Source of the DNA: Octopus vulgaris
Lineage: Eukaryota
Length of the DNA: 64,000 nt
Assembly: GCA_951406725.2 (NCBI GenBank)
Contig: OX597832.1
Coordinates: 5,022,001 to 5,086,000, forward strand
Direction: 5' to 3'
This document shows positions 37,500 to 51,011 of this stretch, piece after piece. The first letter of the stretch is position 1; each line of letters starts with the position of its first letter. The notes below the pieces were generated by a model that saw only the letters and a program-made list of their open reading frames with translations, was not told the DNA's origin and did no database searches. Made by a program: the position numbers and the translations under genes.

Positions 37500-38870
37500 C
37501 ATATATATTTTTGAAGCTTGGGGCAAGGCTGGGAAGTTGGAATGTGGGCAGTCTGCATGGAGGAGGAATTGAGGAAGAAGAGGATGGATGTGTGCTGTGT
37601 GCAGGGGCCAGGGTGCAAGATTTGTGGAGGTGAAGGAAGGAAGGTACAAGTTGTGGTGGTTGGGAAATAACAAGGGAACTGGAGGTGTGGGTGTTTTGGT
37701 GAAGGAAGAAATCTATGAGAAGATGGTGGAGGTCAGGAGAAAGAGTGACAGTAGTGTTAGCATTTGAGGAAGGAATGGTGAGGGTGATTTGTGGGTATGG
37801 TCCACAAAGTGGAAGAAGGATTGCTGAGAAAGAGCAGTTTTTGATGAAATGGCGAATGAGTGAAACTTACATAAGGTGGATGAATTGGTTTTAGGCATGG
37901 ATGATTTTAATGGACATGTTGGGAAATGGATGCAGGGCTTTGAGGGTGTGTAGGGGGGAAATGGAATTTGGGAGAAAAATGTAGAAGGAAGGATCCTGTT
38001 GGAGTTTTGTGATGAGAAAGAGTTGTGTGTGGTGAACACGTGGTTTAGGAAAACAGAGAAAAGGAAGGTGACTTTCAGTGCAAGAGGGAATGAGACAGAG
38101 ATTGACTTTGTGTTGGTTGGCAGGAAAAACAGAAAGTATCTGAGAGATGTGAAGACAATACCAGGGGAGTTGCAGGACAAGTTGGTTTGTTGCTGATTTG
38201 GATAAGAGGAAAGTTAAAAAGTGTGTGAGAAAGGGAACGGTTGGGAGGAGAAAGGTGTAGAAACTGAAGGAAAAAGAAATAAGAGCAAGGTTTGAGGAGA
38301 GAGTTGAGGAGTTGGTAAGCATTGATGCACCGGATTTGTGAAAGTCTTTTAAAGAAGGGGTACTGAAGGCATGTGATGAGGTGTATGGAAAGACAAAAGG
38401 TAGGAGAGATTGAGGAGATACGTGATGGTGGAACAAGGTGAGAGATGCAATAGCGAGGAAGAAGGAGGCGCATAAAGCTTTATGTAATGATTAACTGAGC
38501 ATATGAAAGCCAGGTATAATAACATGAAGAATCATGCAATGAGGGTGATTGTGAGATCTATGAGGAAGGAGGCTGAGAAGAGGTTGAGCAGGTTGGATGA
38601 GAACCCAGATAGAGTGTTTAAGTTTATTAAATCAATGATAAAAGATGGAAGAGATGTTGAGGGAGAGTGGGGAGTGATAGAAGGTTGAATTTTAGTGAGA
38701 AGGACAGGGGAAGAGTTTGGAAGGCGCATATGGAGGGAATTATGAATGAGATCAGAGGATGGAAGTTGATGTAATGGAGGGGCCAGTGGAGTGGGTTAAT
38801 CGGGAAGAAGTAGAAGAGGCAATGAAGGAAATGAAAACGGGAAAGGCAGCTGGTCCATCCAGAAGTAAGC
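37500..38870 (+). mobile_element. Degenerate LINE (RTE-like) AP endonuclease-to-RT region
   Basis: MDVCCVQ, GGVGVLVKEE, EFCDEKELCVVNTWFRK...EIDFVLV, MKTGKAAGPS; many stops. Confidence 0.8.
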
Positions 38871-39039
38871 TGGTGCAAATGAAACCCTTCCCTGTAATTC
38901 TGAGTTGGAAATCAAGCAGAGAGAGGGCTCTAGATTTACCTGAGCTGTTATGTCTTGAATTTGATGTATTCATGTGCATTATCAAATTTCTGGTATATGA
39001 TGATGGCTTCCTCCTGGGGGTGATGTAAGCATTAGTATA

Positions 39040-40130
39040 TCATCTACATACATGGAGAAGATGCAAGAGTGGCAAGTGCACCATGGGGTGCACCATGTGC
39101 TCCGGCTGTTCCATGTATGTGATGGCCAGCAGACTTGGTGGGTTTGATCCTATCAGTAGACCTGAGACCTGTTTGTATACAATGTTATTGTTTTGGAAGT
39201 ATGTGTTACATACTCTGATGGTCAAAAGTTCTTGAATGTTCGAGGGTGTAAGACCAAAGCAAAGGAGGTTGGTATAAGAAGAAAGGGAAGAAGAGGAGAC
39301 AGAGGCAGAAAGGAAAAAGATGTGATGTGATTAGTTAAGATGTCGACAGCTGGAATTCTAGAGACTATAGGTCTGATTTTTAATATGGGTCAGGGTTTGT
39401 GAGTTTTGACAAAATGATAAAATGTAGGAAGAGAGAAGAAGGAAGGTCAGCCCATACTCCCAAGACTAACATCTGTTTCTTAAAATTACCCTATTTTGAC
39501 AAAAGAATTGCTGCTGCAATCCATCATGTGACATGTATAGAAAGACTAAACATACAGATGATGCAGTCAGGTCCACCCCTGATGAAATTTCTGTCCAGAA
39601 ATCATGCTGCAATCAGCATCTTGGGGTGCACACTGTCCAACTGCTACATCAGTGGCTTGAAAATATGGTTGAGGGCCTATTTGGTATATGAGGTAGTCTG
39701 CAGCACAGTGTGTGCATCCTTCACTAGGAGCGCTATCAGAAAATTGCACATTCACATCAAAGAACACATGTGCACAAACATTTCAGTCTATAAATAATTG
39801 CAAAAGTTCCAAACATGGGGCATTATTGTATTCGTTAGGGCCATGGAATGTGGAATAGACAATCTTTGAGTTATGGCGGCTATCCTAATTAATAAGGTGA
39901 AACCAGCATTAAAGAACAGATGAGAACTACATAAAGCAGACTGGCTGTCATGACAACACTAACATGTGCATGTCACTACTCTCTCTCCCACATATCTGAG
40001 CATTAGTAATAGCTTTTTTTTCCATTTCCTATTTCTTGACGAAGGGGTCCTAATCATGAAATATCTAAAAATACAAGGTAAAACTTCAACTGTTGTTCCG
40101 TCTTCATTTTTGTAGTTCACTTTTATGTTT
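39040..40130. mobile_element. Penelope-like element relic with inverted RT segment
   Basis: Minus 39040-39225 NTYFQNNNIVYKQVSGLLIGSNPPSLLAITYME (PLE RT); plus 39399-39797 LKLPY...LVYEVVCSTVCASFTRSAIRKLHIHIKEH (GIY-YIG). Confidence 0.7.
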
Positions 40131-40873
40131 CATTTTGCATTGTTTCGGCCTTATTATGTTTATATCTTTGAAATGAAAACGGGCTGCTCTTGTGCTCTCT
40201 TGCACAAAGCCAGTTCTCCATAAAAAGATGGGAGAGCATTTTTAAAGATTGTTCCCACTAGAGGTTGGCATTAGGAAGGACATCCAGTTGTAGAAAACAT
40301 ACCAAAAACTTGGTATAGTATTCTGATTTGCCACTTCCTGTCAAATCATCCAGCACATGCCAGTATGAAACATAGATGTTAAATGATGATGATGATGATG
40401 ATGATTTCCATGCTGGCAGGTGTCAGAAGGTTTGACAGTATCTGACAAACTGCAGGATTGCGTCAGGTAACTATCTCAGTTTTGGCATAGTTCCTACAGC
40501 TGGATGCCCTTCCTAATGTCAACCACTTTATATGATAGAGAGAGACGAGCACAGGTATTTTGTTATAGAGGCAATCAATACATGGCTACTCTGCATTATG
40601 TGAGGGCGGGCAAGAGTAACTTGATGCGAGATAAAGATGGTGGTGACAGGGTGCCAGAGTGTACTTTCGAGGCACAATAAGGTGAGTGGAAGGGAGGATA
40701 TAGACTGTGGATCAAGAGGAAAGGAAATTTGGGGTAATTTCATAAAAGTGTGGGGAGGAGAGTGACAAATGGTTAGAAATTGAGGTTGAGGTAGATGTAA
40801 TGATAAAGTAAGTATTAAGTATTGTGTAAGTGTTTATTGTATTTACATCTAGAAATTTGCTTTATCTTTTCAG

Positions 40874-40903
40874 GTTAATGGAGAGATTTCTCATTGATGG
40901 ATA
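40874..40903 (+). CDS. RABL2: RABL2 coding exon 2 (30-nt microexon)
   Basis: TTTTCAG acceptor; (K)LMERFLIDG(Y) matches RABL2 KLMERFLMDG; followed by the U12-type donor GTATCCTT. Confidence 0.9.
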
Positions 40904-41058
40904 GTATCCTTTTATTAAAAACTTACCACATATTTTCTGCTAACACGGATTTTTTTTTTTTAACATGCAATTATTTTCATCTTACTCTGTGGTTAGCATT
41001 TGCCAATGCATTAACAAAACACTCAGTCACTGCTAGTTTATATATATATGTGTGTATA

Positions 41059-41090
<32 letters not shown>

Positions 41091-41101
41091 CATAGATACA
41101 T

Positions 41102-41142
<41 letters not shown>

Positions 41143-42069
41143 CACATATTTATATATATGAATATATACATTTATTTATATCTATGTGTGTGTATTTTAG
41201 TGTCTGTGTTTGTCCCCATCCATTGCTTGACAACTGGTATTGGTGTGTTTACATTCCTGTAACTTAGTGGTTTGGCAAAAGAGACCAACCAAATAAGTAT
41301 CTGGTGTAAAAAAGAATGAGCCTTGGGTTGATTCATTTGACTAAAAATTCTTCAAGATTGTGCCCCAGCATGGCCACAGTGTCATGACTGAAACAAGTAA
41401 AAGAGAAAAGGTAAATGGCTTCAATGAATCATAAAAAAAATTCTTCAGCCTTCAAAAGTATCCCTGCATTTATTTTCACTGAATAGAATGATTGTTAAGT
41501 GATATGAATGAAACTTTTAATTGGATAATTATTGCAGAACCAATCATCATATTTGCTTCATATAAATGATGTAAATATCTTCCATTTAAAAATATAAAAT
41601 ATGCCAAATTAAATAAATAAAGCCTGTTGTTTCTGCTGTTCAAAACGATCCCTTCATTTATGAAGCTGTTTAGAACAGTTTTCACTGCACTTATAGCTTA
41701 AATCATTTTAAGATACAAATTTGTTTCATTGCATCAATGTAAGCAAGACCTGACATGTTGCTTTGTGGATACTTTAAATGCATTTGATGCTTACATGACT
41801 AGATCCATAGTCATTATCATAATATACTTCTGTATTAGTTTTCAAGTACAGCTGAAGGAACATATAAAATTAGACAATGAAATGACCTTCTGTAAGACTT
41901 CAAAATTTGTTCATGTCATGAATAATTTTTCTAGAGAAGAAAAGTTATTGATTAATTATTTCATTTAGGTTACTGTGCAGATCCACTTGACATGACCTAC
42001 ATTACATATGTCTGTTCCTATTGATTTTAATTCATTCACGTCTGTTTACCAAACAGAACAAAATGAAAT

Positions 42070-42137
<68 letters not shown>

Positions 42138-42961
42138 TTCTTTTACTTGTTTCAGTTATTTGACTGTGGCCATGCTGGAGCACCACCTTTAGTCGAACAA
42201 ATCGACCCCAGGACTTATTCTTTGTAAGCCCTAGTACTTATTCTATCAGTCTCTTTTGCCAAACCACTAAGTGACGGGGACATAAGTACACCAACATCGA
42301 TTGTCAAGTGATGGTGGGTGGGTGGACATACACGGACACAAATAATAAACACACACACACATATATACAACGGACTTCTTTCAGTTTCTGTCTATCAAAT
42401 CCACTCACAAGGCTTTGGTCAGCCTGAGGCTCTAGTAGAAGACATCCCTTATATATATTTCTTTGATACTGCCTTAAATCTATGACACCTTAAAATATTA
42501 TTTTCATAAAATAATGTTTGTTTCTTTAAAGCATTCTTTTCTGTTGGGTTTGCTTTTAAATAGGTAGTAATGAGTACTTCCTTCAAGTTAAAAGAAACCC
42601 AATATATTTCTACATAGTGTGTGAAGTTGCATGGTCAAGTGGTTTGAGTGTTGCACTCACAATTGCAAGATTGTGGTTTCAATCCCAAGACCAACAGTGC
42701 ATTATGTTCTTGAGTGAAACACTTCATTTCATTTTGCTCCAGTCCACTCAGCCGTAAATGGTTAACCCTATGATGGACTGGTTCAGAAGGAATATTGGTC
42801 TGCTTGCATAGCCAGGCATCATTTGAATGCTACAACCATGCAAGCAAATGCATTGTGACCAGTGATTTATAATAACATCCGATAGTCTGGTCAATACAAT
42901 GAGAATGTGTTTGTAAATGAAACCTGAAATAAATTTGTTATTATCCTTTATATACACTTAG
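40904..42961 (+). other. U12-type (minor spliceosome) GT-AG intron, RABL2 intron 2
   Basis: 5' splice site GTATCCTTT; branch-like TCCTTTAT at 42944-42951, about 11 nt before the AG; no polypyrimidine tract. Confidence 0.85.
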
Positions 42962-43041
42962 CAAACCACAACAATCGTCCACATATGCCTTGACTACATT
43001 TAACCACAAAATGAAAGTAAATGGACAAAAGGTTTCAGTAG
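42962..43041 (+). CDS. RABL2: RABL2 coding exon 3
   Basis: (Y)KPQQSSTYALTTFNHKMKVNGQKVSV matches RABL2 PQQLSTYALT; G|GTGAGT donor; phases consistent. Confidence 0.92.
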
Positions 43042-43199
43042 GTGAGTAAAAAGGACATAAAATCATTTGAAGAGAAAATGCTTTAGGAAATAAATAAGAA
43101 CCAGAATATCATAATAGGGTATATTCTTATCACAAAAGATGTTGACTGCTGAGTGAGGAGTCATAATGGATTGGGATTTACTAGGAGGATGAGGGACTC

Positions 43200-44350
43200 T
43201 ATCTTTTATCTGATAGCTCATTTTCATCAACATCTAGTTGAGGGGTGAAAAACCTACCTGTTTGATGTTCATGGTGCATCATCTTTTTATGCAGCTCAGT
43301 GTAATAACTGAGCTCATTATAAACTTTTCTTATAATTTTTATGCTACATTTATGATTAAGATTGTTAGCTACAAAAACTTAAGATTTCTCTCTACAACAG
43401 CCAACACTGTAGCAGTATTCCTTGCAGTCAATTTAAGTGGAGTTTGTGAGATTTCTGTATTCTTAGTTTCTTTATGGGGCACTAGCAAATCAACCACATT
43501 CTCCAATATGACTTCATCAAATCCTACATCATTTGCAAATGTTGCATTATTTTACCAAATTTGATGTTGGCTTATACTTTGACAGTTGCAGCCAAGCCAT
43601 ATATTTTAAAGAGTACCATTCAAATTCGAGGGTTTCATTTCATCTATTATGTTGAATTTCTTTTAGTACTCTCTAACTGTAGGATTATCCTTCCTGTCAA
43701 TTTCTTTCATAAGTTACTTGAAAGTTCTTCTATAAAATATTCTTTGAAGTTAGCTATCACACCGTGATACATTGGCTGGAGCAAAGAAATTGTATTCTTG
43801 GTGATATATTCTACCCTCACATTATCACAAAGCTCATTTAAGTTTACCAGATGGCTTGGTGCTTTGTCTAAACGGTGCAATGCTTTGATCAAAATATTGT
43901 ATCTGGCACAGTGCCTTTCTACAGCAGGACGAAAGATGTTGCTCTTTGAAAAAGCTCTTAGTCATTCATCTATGCCTTCTTATTTGAACACCAAATCAGA
44001 GGTAAATTTATATAACCTTTGAAAGCTTTTGGGTTTTTTTGAGTGATATGCAAGGAGGCATTTTAATTTCATATTTGCAGGGCTATTTTCTTCCAGATGA
44101 AATTTTAGATTCTTGAGAAATCAAAGTTCTGGCTGGCATGCACTTCCAGAAAAGGGCAGTCATATCAATGTATTCTTGCCTGGGTGTATAGCCTTGTTTA
44201 CCAATCATTTGTTAAATGATTGTTGGCCAGGATAATTAAAAAGCGGCTTCTGTGTAAGCACCAGTAGTTTCACCTGTCTATTTCTGTAAATTGTCATATG
44301 TACTTTTGGATCTTTTAAATTACCATTATGCTTATTGGCACTTTATATTG
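43200..44350 (-). mobile_element. pogo/Tigger transposase relic
   Basis: LDKAPSH...VEYITKNTISLLQPMYHGVIANFKEYF resembles Tigger DNAPGH...PPNTTSLLQPMDQGVIA.FK. Confidence 0.75.
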
Positions 44351-45323
44351 AATATGATTTTCAATTCATTCAGTTAAGAGCCACTTCATTTTAAGCATCA
44401 CATTAGATCATCATCATCATTGTGTAATGTCTGCTTTCCATGCTGGCATGGGTTGGACTGTTTGGCATAGAGCTGGCTAGCTGAGAGCTTTCCAGACTCC
44501 AACTGTCTGATGTGGCATGGTTTCTATGGCTGGATGCCCTTCCTAACACTTAGTAGAGTGTGCTGAGTGCTTTTTATGTGCCACATTACTGCCTTCAATT
44601 GCATTTGATGGGTTCATTCCAAACATCTTGCATTGTAGGTAAATTAAATAATAGCAGCAGCAATGGATGAATATGGAGTTAAAAATTAACACCAAGAAAG
44701 AACTGTTTTGTGAGAGCAAAAGATTTGTTGTCTTATTCTTTTGAACGAAAGAGTGGAAATGATGAAATGAAAAGGTGGGAGGAAGTACCTTGTGATTTCA
44801 GTTAGTTGATGGGTATCCAAGTTCATAGGTACTTTGCCCCCTACACTGCTGACTTAAGCTATTAAAATGCCACATTCTACCCCCCCTCTCTCTCTCACAC
44901 AGACACACTCCATTGTCCTGTTCCTACAACATATGTAGCTACAGATATTGCTATCATGCTGACACTTATTGTTATTGCTAATTGGTTATTCAAATATTAG
45001 TGGGTTAGTGGTGGTGGTGGTGTTGTATTGGGTCTTGGTGGCAGCAGTAGTCATATTACTCTTGTTAATTATATTGTTGTTACTGTTTAGTCTCAAGCCA
45101 GTCCTCATTGATCTAACATTGTTCAGATCTTTTCAGTTTCCATGCCATTGTTGGGTTGGTATTTTCTCTAATCATTGTCAGATACCATTCTGTTGCATTT
45201 AATATAATTTTTTTTTTGCATGTTTACAATTGTCATTTCACGGTTATAGGAGTGTTAATTATTGCTAATTTCATTTAACATAAGTTATCAAAAGTTATTG
45301 ATATTCCACTTCATTTGTTGTAG

Positions 45324-45403
45324 ATTTCTGGGATACTGCAGGTCAAGAAAGATTCAGTACCTTACACAGATCATATTACCATCAGGCACATGCTTGTATC
45401 ATG
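45324..45403 (+). CDS. RABL2: RABL2 coding exon 4
   Basis: TGTAG acceptor; DFWDTAGQERFSTLHRSYYHQAHACIM (G3/switch II); GTAAGT donor. Confidence 0.95.
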
Positions 45404-47055
45404 GTAAGTTTGATTCAACTGTTGCTCACATGAGTATTTAGTTTATACAGGGCCTAACAAGAATGGTATGGAGTATTAATCTGAAACATTTATCTTTGCA
45501 TTATGTTACTTACCTAAGCCCTTCAAATGACATCTTTTCCACAGTTCTTTACACTGGGCCGTCTTTTCTGCTTTTCTCCAGTTGGATCCCTGCTTTAACA
45601 GTTCTGCCTCAATAATCCCTTGTCCACCTATTTTTAGGGTGTCCTCTCATATGTTTCCTGAAGGGAAGGCTTTCCTCTCTCAGGTCTTGTTGGTTTTAAA
45701 TTGCCATTGCTACTCAGTAACTTTGCTTTTGTTTTCCAAGGTGGGGTGTTGGCCCTATGCAAACTCATTTTCACCTCTGGAAAGTGGTGATCCATATTTA
45801 TTTGTGCTCTATCATTTGACCTGGCAAACATGGGTGGTTTTACCTAGGGCTCATACTCTGCTGGTATAGCCCTCAGGGTCATTGAGGTACACAAGTTGCC
45901 ACATGGCACCAAGGACTGCATTAAATTACTCTAATGAAAAACTCATGAGGTTTTCTGACTGTTTCCCTTTTCTATTTGCAATATCTAGCATTGTTAGAAT
46001 CTTCCAACCACTAGCAATTCAATCATCTCTAGTTCTGCATTCAAGACAGTTTGTGAAAACTCATATCATTCATCTGTACACAATTCTGGTCTCTCTCTCA
46101 CTTACCCTTTACAGACACTTCCAGTACAGAGGCTGAAGCATCTGTCAGTTAGTGTTCTCATATATTTGGTATGTGACTAACACATCAGTTCCTGAAATAC
46201 TATGGTACTTATTAATTTCAAATCTAACTTTTATTTAGCTATCAGTCCCTATGTCCCTTTGGACAATCTGATCCCTGTCTAATCAAAACAATTCACCTCA
46301 CATTAACCTACTACACACTTTCAGCAGCTCAAGCCCTGCATTTCATGTCAGCTAATTCAGTTAATATTCTGTTCTTTTGCCAAAAATCCTCTCTAATTCA
46401 GCAGATGTTCTTTACTACTTACCCCTTCAGAGACAGTTTAGCAGGGGACTGGAACTTTCTGCTGATTTAGCATGAAATCTCCTGACCCCTCAACTCAAAC
46501 AAAGATCTTTTAGGTGGGCCCCTATCTTTACCAAATCATTCAACTTTTCTCTTTTCTGTAACTTTGAAATCAAATGACACAAGCTCAATCTCTAAGAAAC
46601 CAACCTTTCTCACCCAGCAACTACTGACCTGTTAGTGTTACTTACTTTCAGCATTTCAAAGGGGAGATAATTGGTCCTCAGTGACTAGTTATATTAATTT
46701 CAGTTGTTTCATCTCCACTGTAACTTCTCGTATAACTTTTGTAAGACTCCAACTACTTTTTACTACAAAACTGTAGTACTTTTTCACACTTGAGAAATTT
46801 TGTGAAAGTAATGTTGTTACCCTTGACATTAGCAGAGCATTTGACTAAAAACAATATGAATAAATAATCATTATATTTGACAGAATAATCTGAATGCTAA
46901 ACGGTTAAATAATACTGCCTTAGCTAGATACCTCTAAAAGGACTAAACAATAAGTTCTCTTTAGTAGGATGACCTATAGAATCTATATGCACTGCTCCAT
47001 CTTCTCACAACGAAAATGGTTATTTGCTCATTAGAGTATGTATTACTTTCCTTAG

Positions 47056-47167
47056 GTGTTTGATGCGACTAGAAAAATAACGTATAAAAATCTGAGCAAA
47101 TGGCTGAATGAGTTGCAAGAACATCGTCCTAATATTCCATGTTTATGCGCTGCCAACAAAATTGATG
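47056..47167 (+). CDS. RABL2: RABL2 coding exon 5 (downstream exons not found in window)
   Basis: CCTTAG acceptor; VFDATRKITYKNLSKWLNELQEHRPNIPCLCAANKID (G4 NKID); G|GTAAGT donor. Confidence 0.95.
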
Positions 47168-47458
47168 GTAAGTAAAGTATTATCTGCCTCAGCTTTTATA
47201 TTATTCACTCACTGACATAGGTGAGCCTGTGGCAGTAGGGACCTCCAGTGTTCTCGGCCCTGGACCATATCCCTGCTCACCACTATCAGCATGGAGATGG
47301 CTGTCCGCAAGTGTGAGCCCTGTGAATCAGAGTGGCTGTTCCGGCTCATCTCCCTCACAATCCTCTGGGGCAATACCTTTTCTATTTTGTCTCCTAGGAC
47401 CACGAGATGGTCTAACTTACAGGAAATTGTATGTTCCACTTCTTAATGTAAATTTACT

Positions 47459-47494
<36 letters not shown>

Positions 47495-47497
<3 letters not shown>

Positions 47498-48320
47498 ACC
47501 GTTAAAACCCACATAATTTACGCATTTTTTTTACAAAAATAAACTTTAGTGGTGCATAAATTACATGAGTAGATCATTGCCAAAATTCTTTTAGAAATTA
47601 TTTTTATTGAAAAAAGATGTACAAAATGTAAACATTTGTACTAGAAGTTGACTCATTTAATGTCAGAATAAGTTTATACAGAAAAAATAATGGCTTAAAT
47701 ATAATGAAGTTGACTTTTATTTATGCTGGACAGTATTATGCTTACTTTTTCTATAAATTTGCTAAAACCATTAAATGGTTGACTACTTTTTGAAGTCTGA
47801 TGATCATGCTGGTCATCATGGTCTGGGCCATATTTTATATTGCCTGGAGTTTCTACCTATCGCAATGTGATATGGATATTCCTGACTGAAAAAAATGTAA
47901 TGATATGGATAATCTTGATTGTATGGTTTTATTTTTGTCTGTTTATTACTAGGTACAGTTTTAAGTTTGTCCTACTGTTTACGCCAATTTCAAACATTGG
48001 CTTCATTAACATTAAAATGCCTTCTGGCAGCTTTATTGCCATGTTCAAATGTGTATTCAACATATTTAATTTCTCCTTCGCGGTAAACGATTTATAAGTT
48101 CTGCCCATACTGACAATAATGGTAATGACAAACTTTTAAGTTTACTTTACATTTTATAAGTGTGAAAGGGATTAAATTTCGATACTCTGTATCAAAGGTT
48201 CCGACAAGAATAGGCAGAAAAGAATTCTGTTTACATAATCAGTTTGATCGGTCACCATCCTCTGTCATTTGAGTAAAGTGTCATCCAAGCTGATGTTTAT
48301 TGGTAATTAAACTTAATTTG
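47495..48320 (-). mobile_element. pogo-like DNA transposon relic (Brinker-type DNA-binding N-terminus)
   Basis: Minus MGRTYKSFTAKEKL..VEYTFEHGNKAARRHFNVNEANV*NWRKQ; terminus TACCGTTAAAACCCACATAAT. Confidence 0.55.
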
Positions 48321-49649
48321 GAACACCTCTTACTCTTTACTCTTTTACTTGTTTCAGTCATTTTTTACTGTGGCCATGCTGGAGCACCGCCTTTAGTCTA
48401 GCAAATCGACCCCAGGACTTATTCTTTGTAAGCCCAATACTTATTCTATTGGTCTCTTTTGCTGAACCGCTAAGTGACGGCGACGTAAACACACCAGCAT
48501 CGGTTGTCAAGCAATGCTAGGGGGACAAACACACACACACACACATATATATATACATATATGACAGGCTTCTTTCAGTTTCCGTCTACTAAATCCACTC
48601 ACAAGGCATTGGTTGGCCTGGGGCTATAGCAGAAGACACTTGCCCAAGATGCCACGCAGTGGGACTGAACCTGCAACCATGTGGTTGGTTAGCAAGCTAC
48701 TTACCACACAGCCACTCCTGTGCGTATTTATCAACTTTGTTTTTGTTGGTAACTCTTATCAACAACTTTTCTTGTGATCGTGATTTAAGAAGACATACAG
48801 TAGTATGCTAAAGATCGGACATAATCTCTTGTGGGCAAGAAATGTAAAATCTCTTGTTGGCAAGAAATGTAAAATAAAGTTTATTATAGGCGCAGGAGTG
48901 GCTGTGTGGTAAGTAGCTTGCTTACCAACCACGTGGTTCTGGGTTCAGTCCCACTGTGCGGCACCTTGGGCAAGTGTCTTCTACTACAGTTTTGGGCTGA
49001 ACAAAGCCTTGTGAGTGGATTTGGTAGACGGAAACTGAAAGAAGCCTGTTGTATATATATATATATATATATATATAGTGTTTGTGTGTCTGTTTGTATA
49101 TATATATATTGTGTCTGTGTGTGTTTGTGTGGTGTATCTATGTACCCATAACTTAGTGGTTCGCCAAAAGAGACCAATAGAATAAGTAGTAGGCTTACAA
49201 AGAATAAGTCCTGGGGTTGATTTGTTTGACTAAAGATGGTGCTCCAGCATGGCTGCAGTCAAATGACTGAAACAAATAAAGGAAAGTAAAAGAATAGATA
49301 TATATTTCCCAGATTCATAATCTCTAAATTTTTCTATGTAGTTAACAAAAAATTTTTTTTTAAATTGAAAAAAGTTACAAATGAAGAAATTGCAATGGGG
49401 ATAGAGGGAAATTAAAATTTTGAAAAAGTGATTTCTGGACAAAATTGTACTAACCCCCTTTTATATGATGAAACAATACATAGTTTCTGATCCTTCTTCA
49501 GAACACAAAGCACTTTCATGCAAACCCATGCAAATTGTACCCTCACCCTTCACTATTAAACAAAAAGTAACTTCCATTGTTCCATTAACTATATATCAGC
49601 TGTACTGATTCTGTCCATAAGAAAGGAGTGAATAATACATATTTCCTGA

Positions 49650-49873
49650 CTACCCACAAGGGGCTAAACTCAGAGAGGACAAACAAGGACAGACAAACGG
49701 ATTAAGTCGATTATATCGACCCCAGTGCGTAACTGGTACTTATTTAATCAACCCTGAAAGGATGAAAGGCAAAGTCGACCTCGGCGGAATTTGAACACAG
49801 AACGTAGCGGCAGACGAAATATCGCTGAATATTTCGCCCGGTGTGCTAACGTTTCTGCCAGCTCGCCGCCTTA
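49650..49873 (-). mobile_element. Second tRNA-derived SINE family (Nin-like core); another copy about 22553-22710 (+)
   Basis: Head GGCGGCGAGCTGGCAGAA, B box GTTCAAATTCC, core GCCTTTCATCCTTTC..GGTTGATTAAATAAGTACC. Confidence 0.75.
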
Positions 49874-50214
49874 GGAGTGAATAATACAATGTGCTTGTGG
49901 GTCATAACACCCTGGCAATGCTGGGATGCATTGTTAATTTATTCTAATAGTCAATTCATGTTGCCTATGCATGTTTCAATTTATTACTTAAATCCATATT
50001 TATGCAATTAAATTGCATTATGAATTTATAAAAGCAAACACCTTCATCAAGGACAAACATTGACTGCTATCTTTTGCCAGAAAGAAAAATGGTGGAATCA
50101 GGCTCAAACTTTGAGCACATGAGCACAGTGGTACCAACTATAAGCACATATGCACAGAAGGCTATGGGACAATAATTAAGATATGTTATTGTGGATAATT
50201 TTTGACTTCCCTTC

Positions 50215-50289
<75 letters not shown>

Positions 50290-50589
50290 CATACACATAC
50301 ACGAGAAGGTGCTGAAAAGTCCTAACTTTAAGGATGTTGTGAAAAGCCTGACTGGAGGCCTAACCTTCTGGGTTCTTTTACAGGGTTTAGAAAAACTGAA
50401 GGACTGCTGAGAGGGGAATATGTTGAAAAAAATCATAATTAACTCATCCACCTGTATTTTCTTTTACCCAAAGCCAGGAACTTTTCAGCATCCCATCATA
50501 CATTGATAACTCATTATTGATAACTTTATCTGCTTTGAGTTTCACTGTTCCTAAAAAAGAATTATTAAACATTTTCTTAACACCTTGCT

Positions 50590-50883
50590 TCCTTGTGCAT
50601 GGACACATTAAAACTCTGGTGTCTGGCAACTGACTTGGTTGACATCCACAAGATTATCCAACATCTTTCTGACAACAAATTTGGGGACCCTTTTGAATTC
50701 CATATGTCTAACACTTGTGGGCATGTTTACAAAATCAAAAAACAACACATCACCCATGATTTTCAGAAACATCTTTTCCCGCTCAGAATTGTTGAAGCAT
50801 GGAATAAATTACATACATCAGTTGTTTGCTGTTGGGACACCACATCCTTCAAAACTTCCATGTTTCCTGAAATTCACCAATAG
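50590..50883 (+). mobile_element. CR1/L2-type LINE 3' end
   Basis: NTCGHVYKIKK...FPLRIVEAWNKLHTSVV...SFK resembles the CR1 TRGH...RVV..WN.LP..VV...FK motif. Confidence 0.65.
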
Positions 50884-51011
50884 TACACCCCATGATGTGC
50901 ACCTCACATTTCTTTTTTTCTTTAAAGGCTTTTTCAATGTTCACTTCCTGTGCATATTCTGTGCACTGTTCATGCAGCTCTTCTTGCTCTTTTTGATGAG
51001 TTGTGCATCTG

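Noticed and set aside
40030-40070. Hammerhead at the end of the 39-40 kb PLE (TTGACGA...GAAA); similar trace near 35180
   Set aside because: Stems could not be formed convincingly; too decayed to call.
50081-50177. Possible RABL2 exon 6 after TTTTGCCAG
   Set aside because: The frame gives RKMVESGSNFEHMSTVV...stop with no G5 (FVSA.DG) motif. The acceptor near 63261 likewise hits a stop. The true exon is probably beyond the window.
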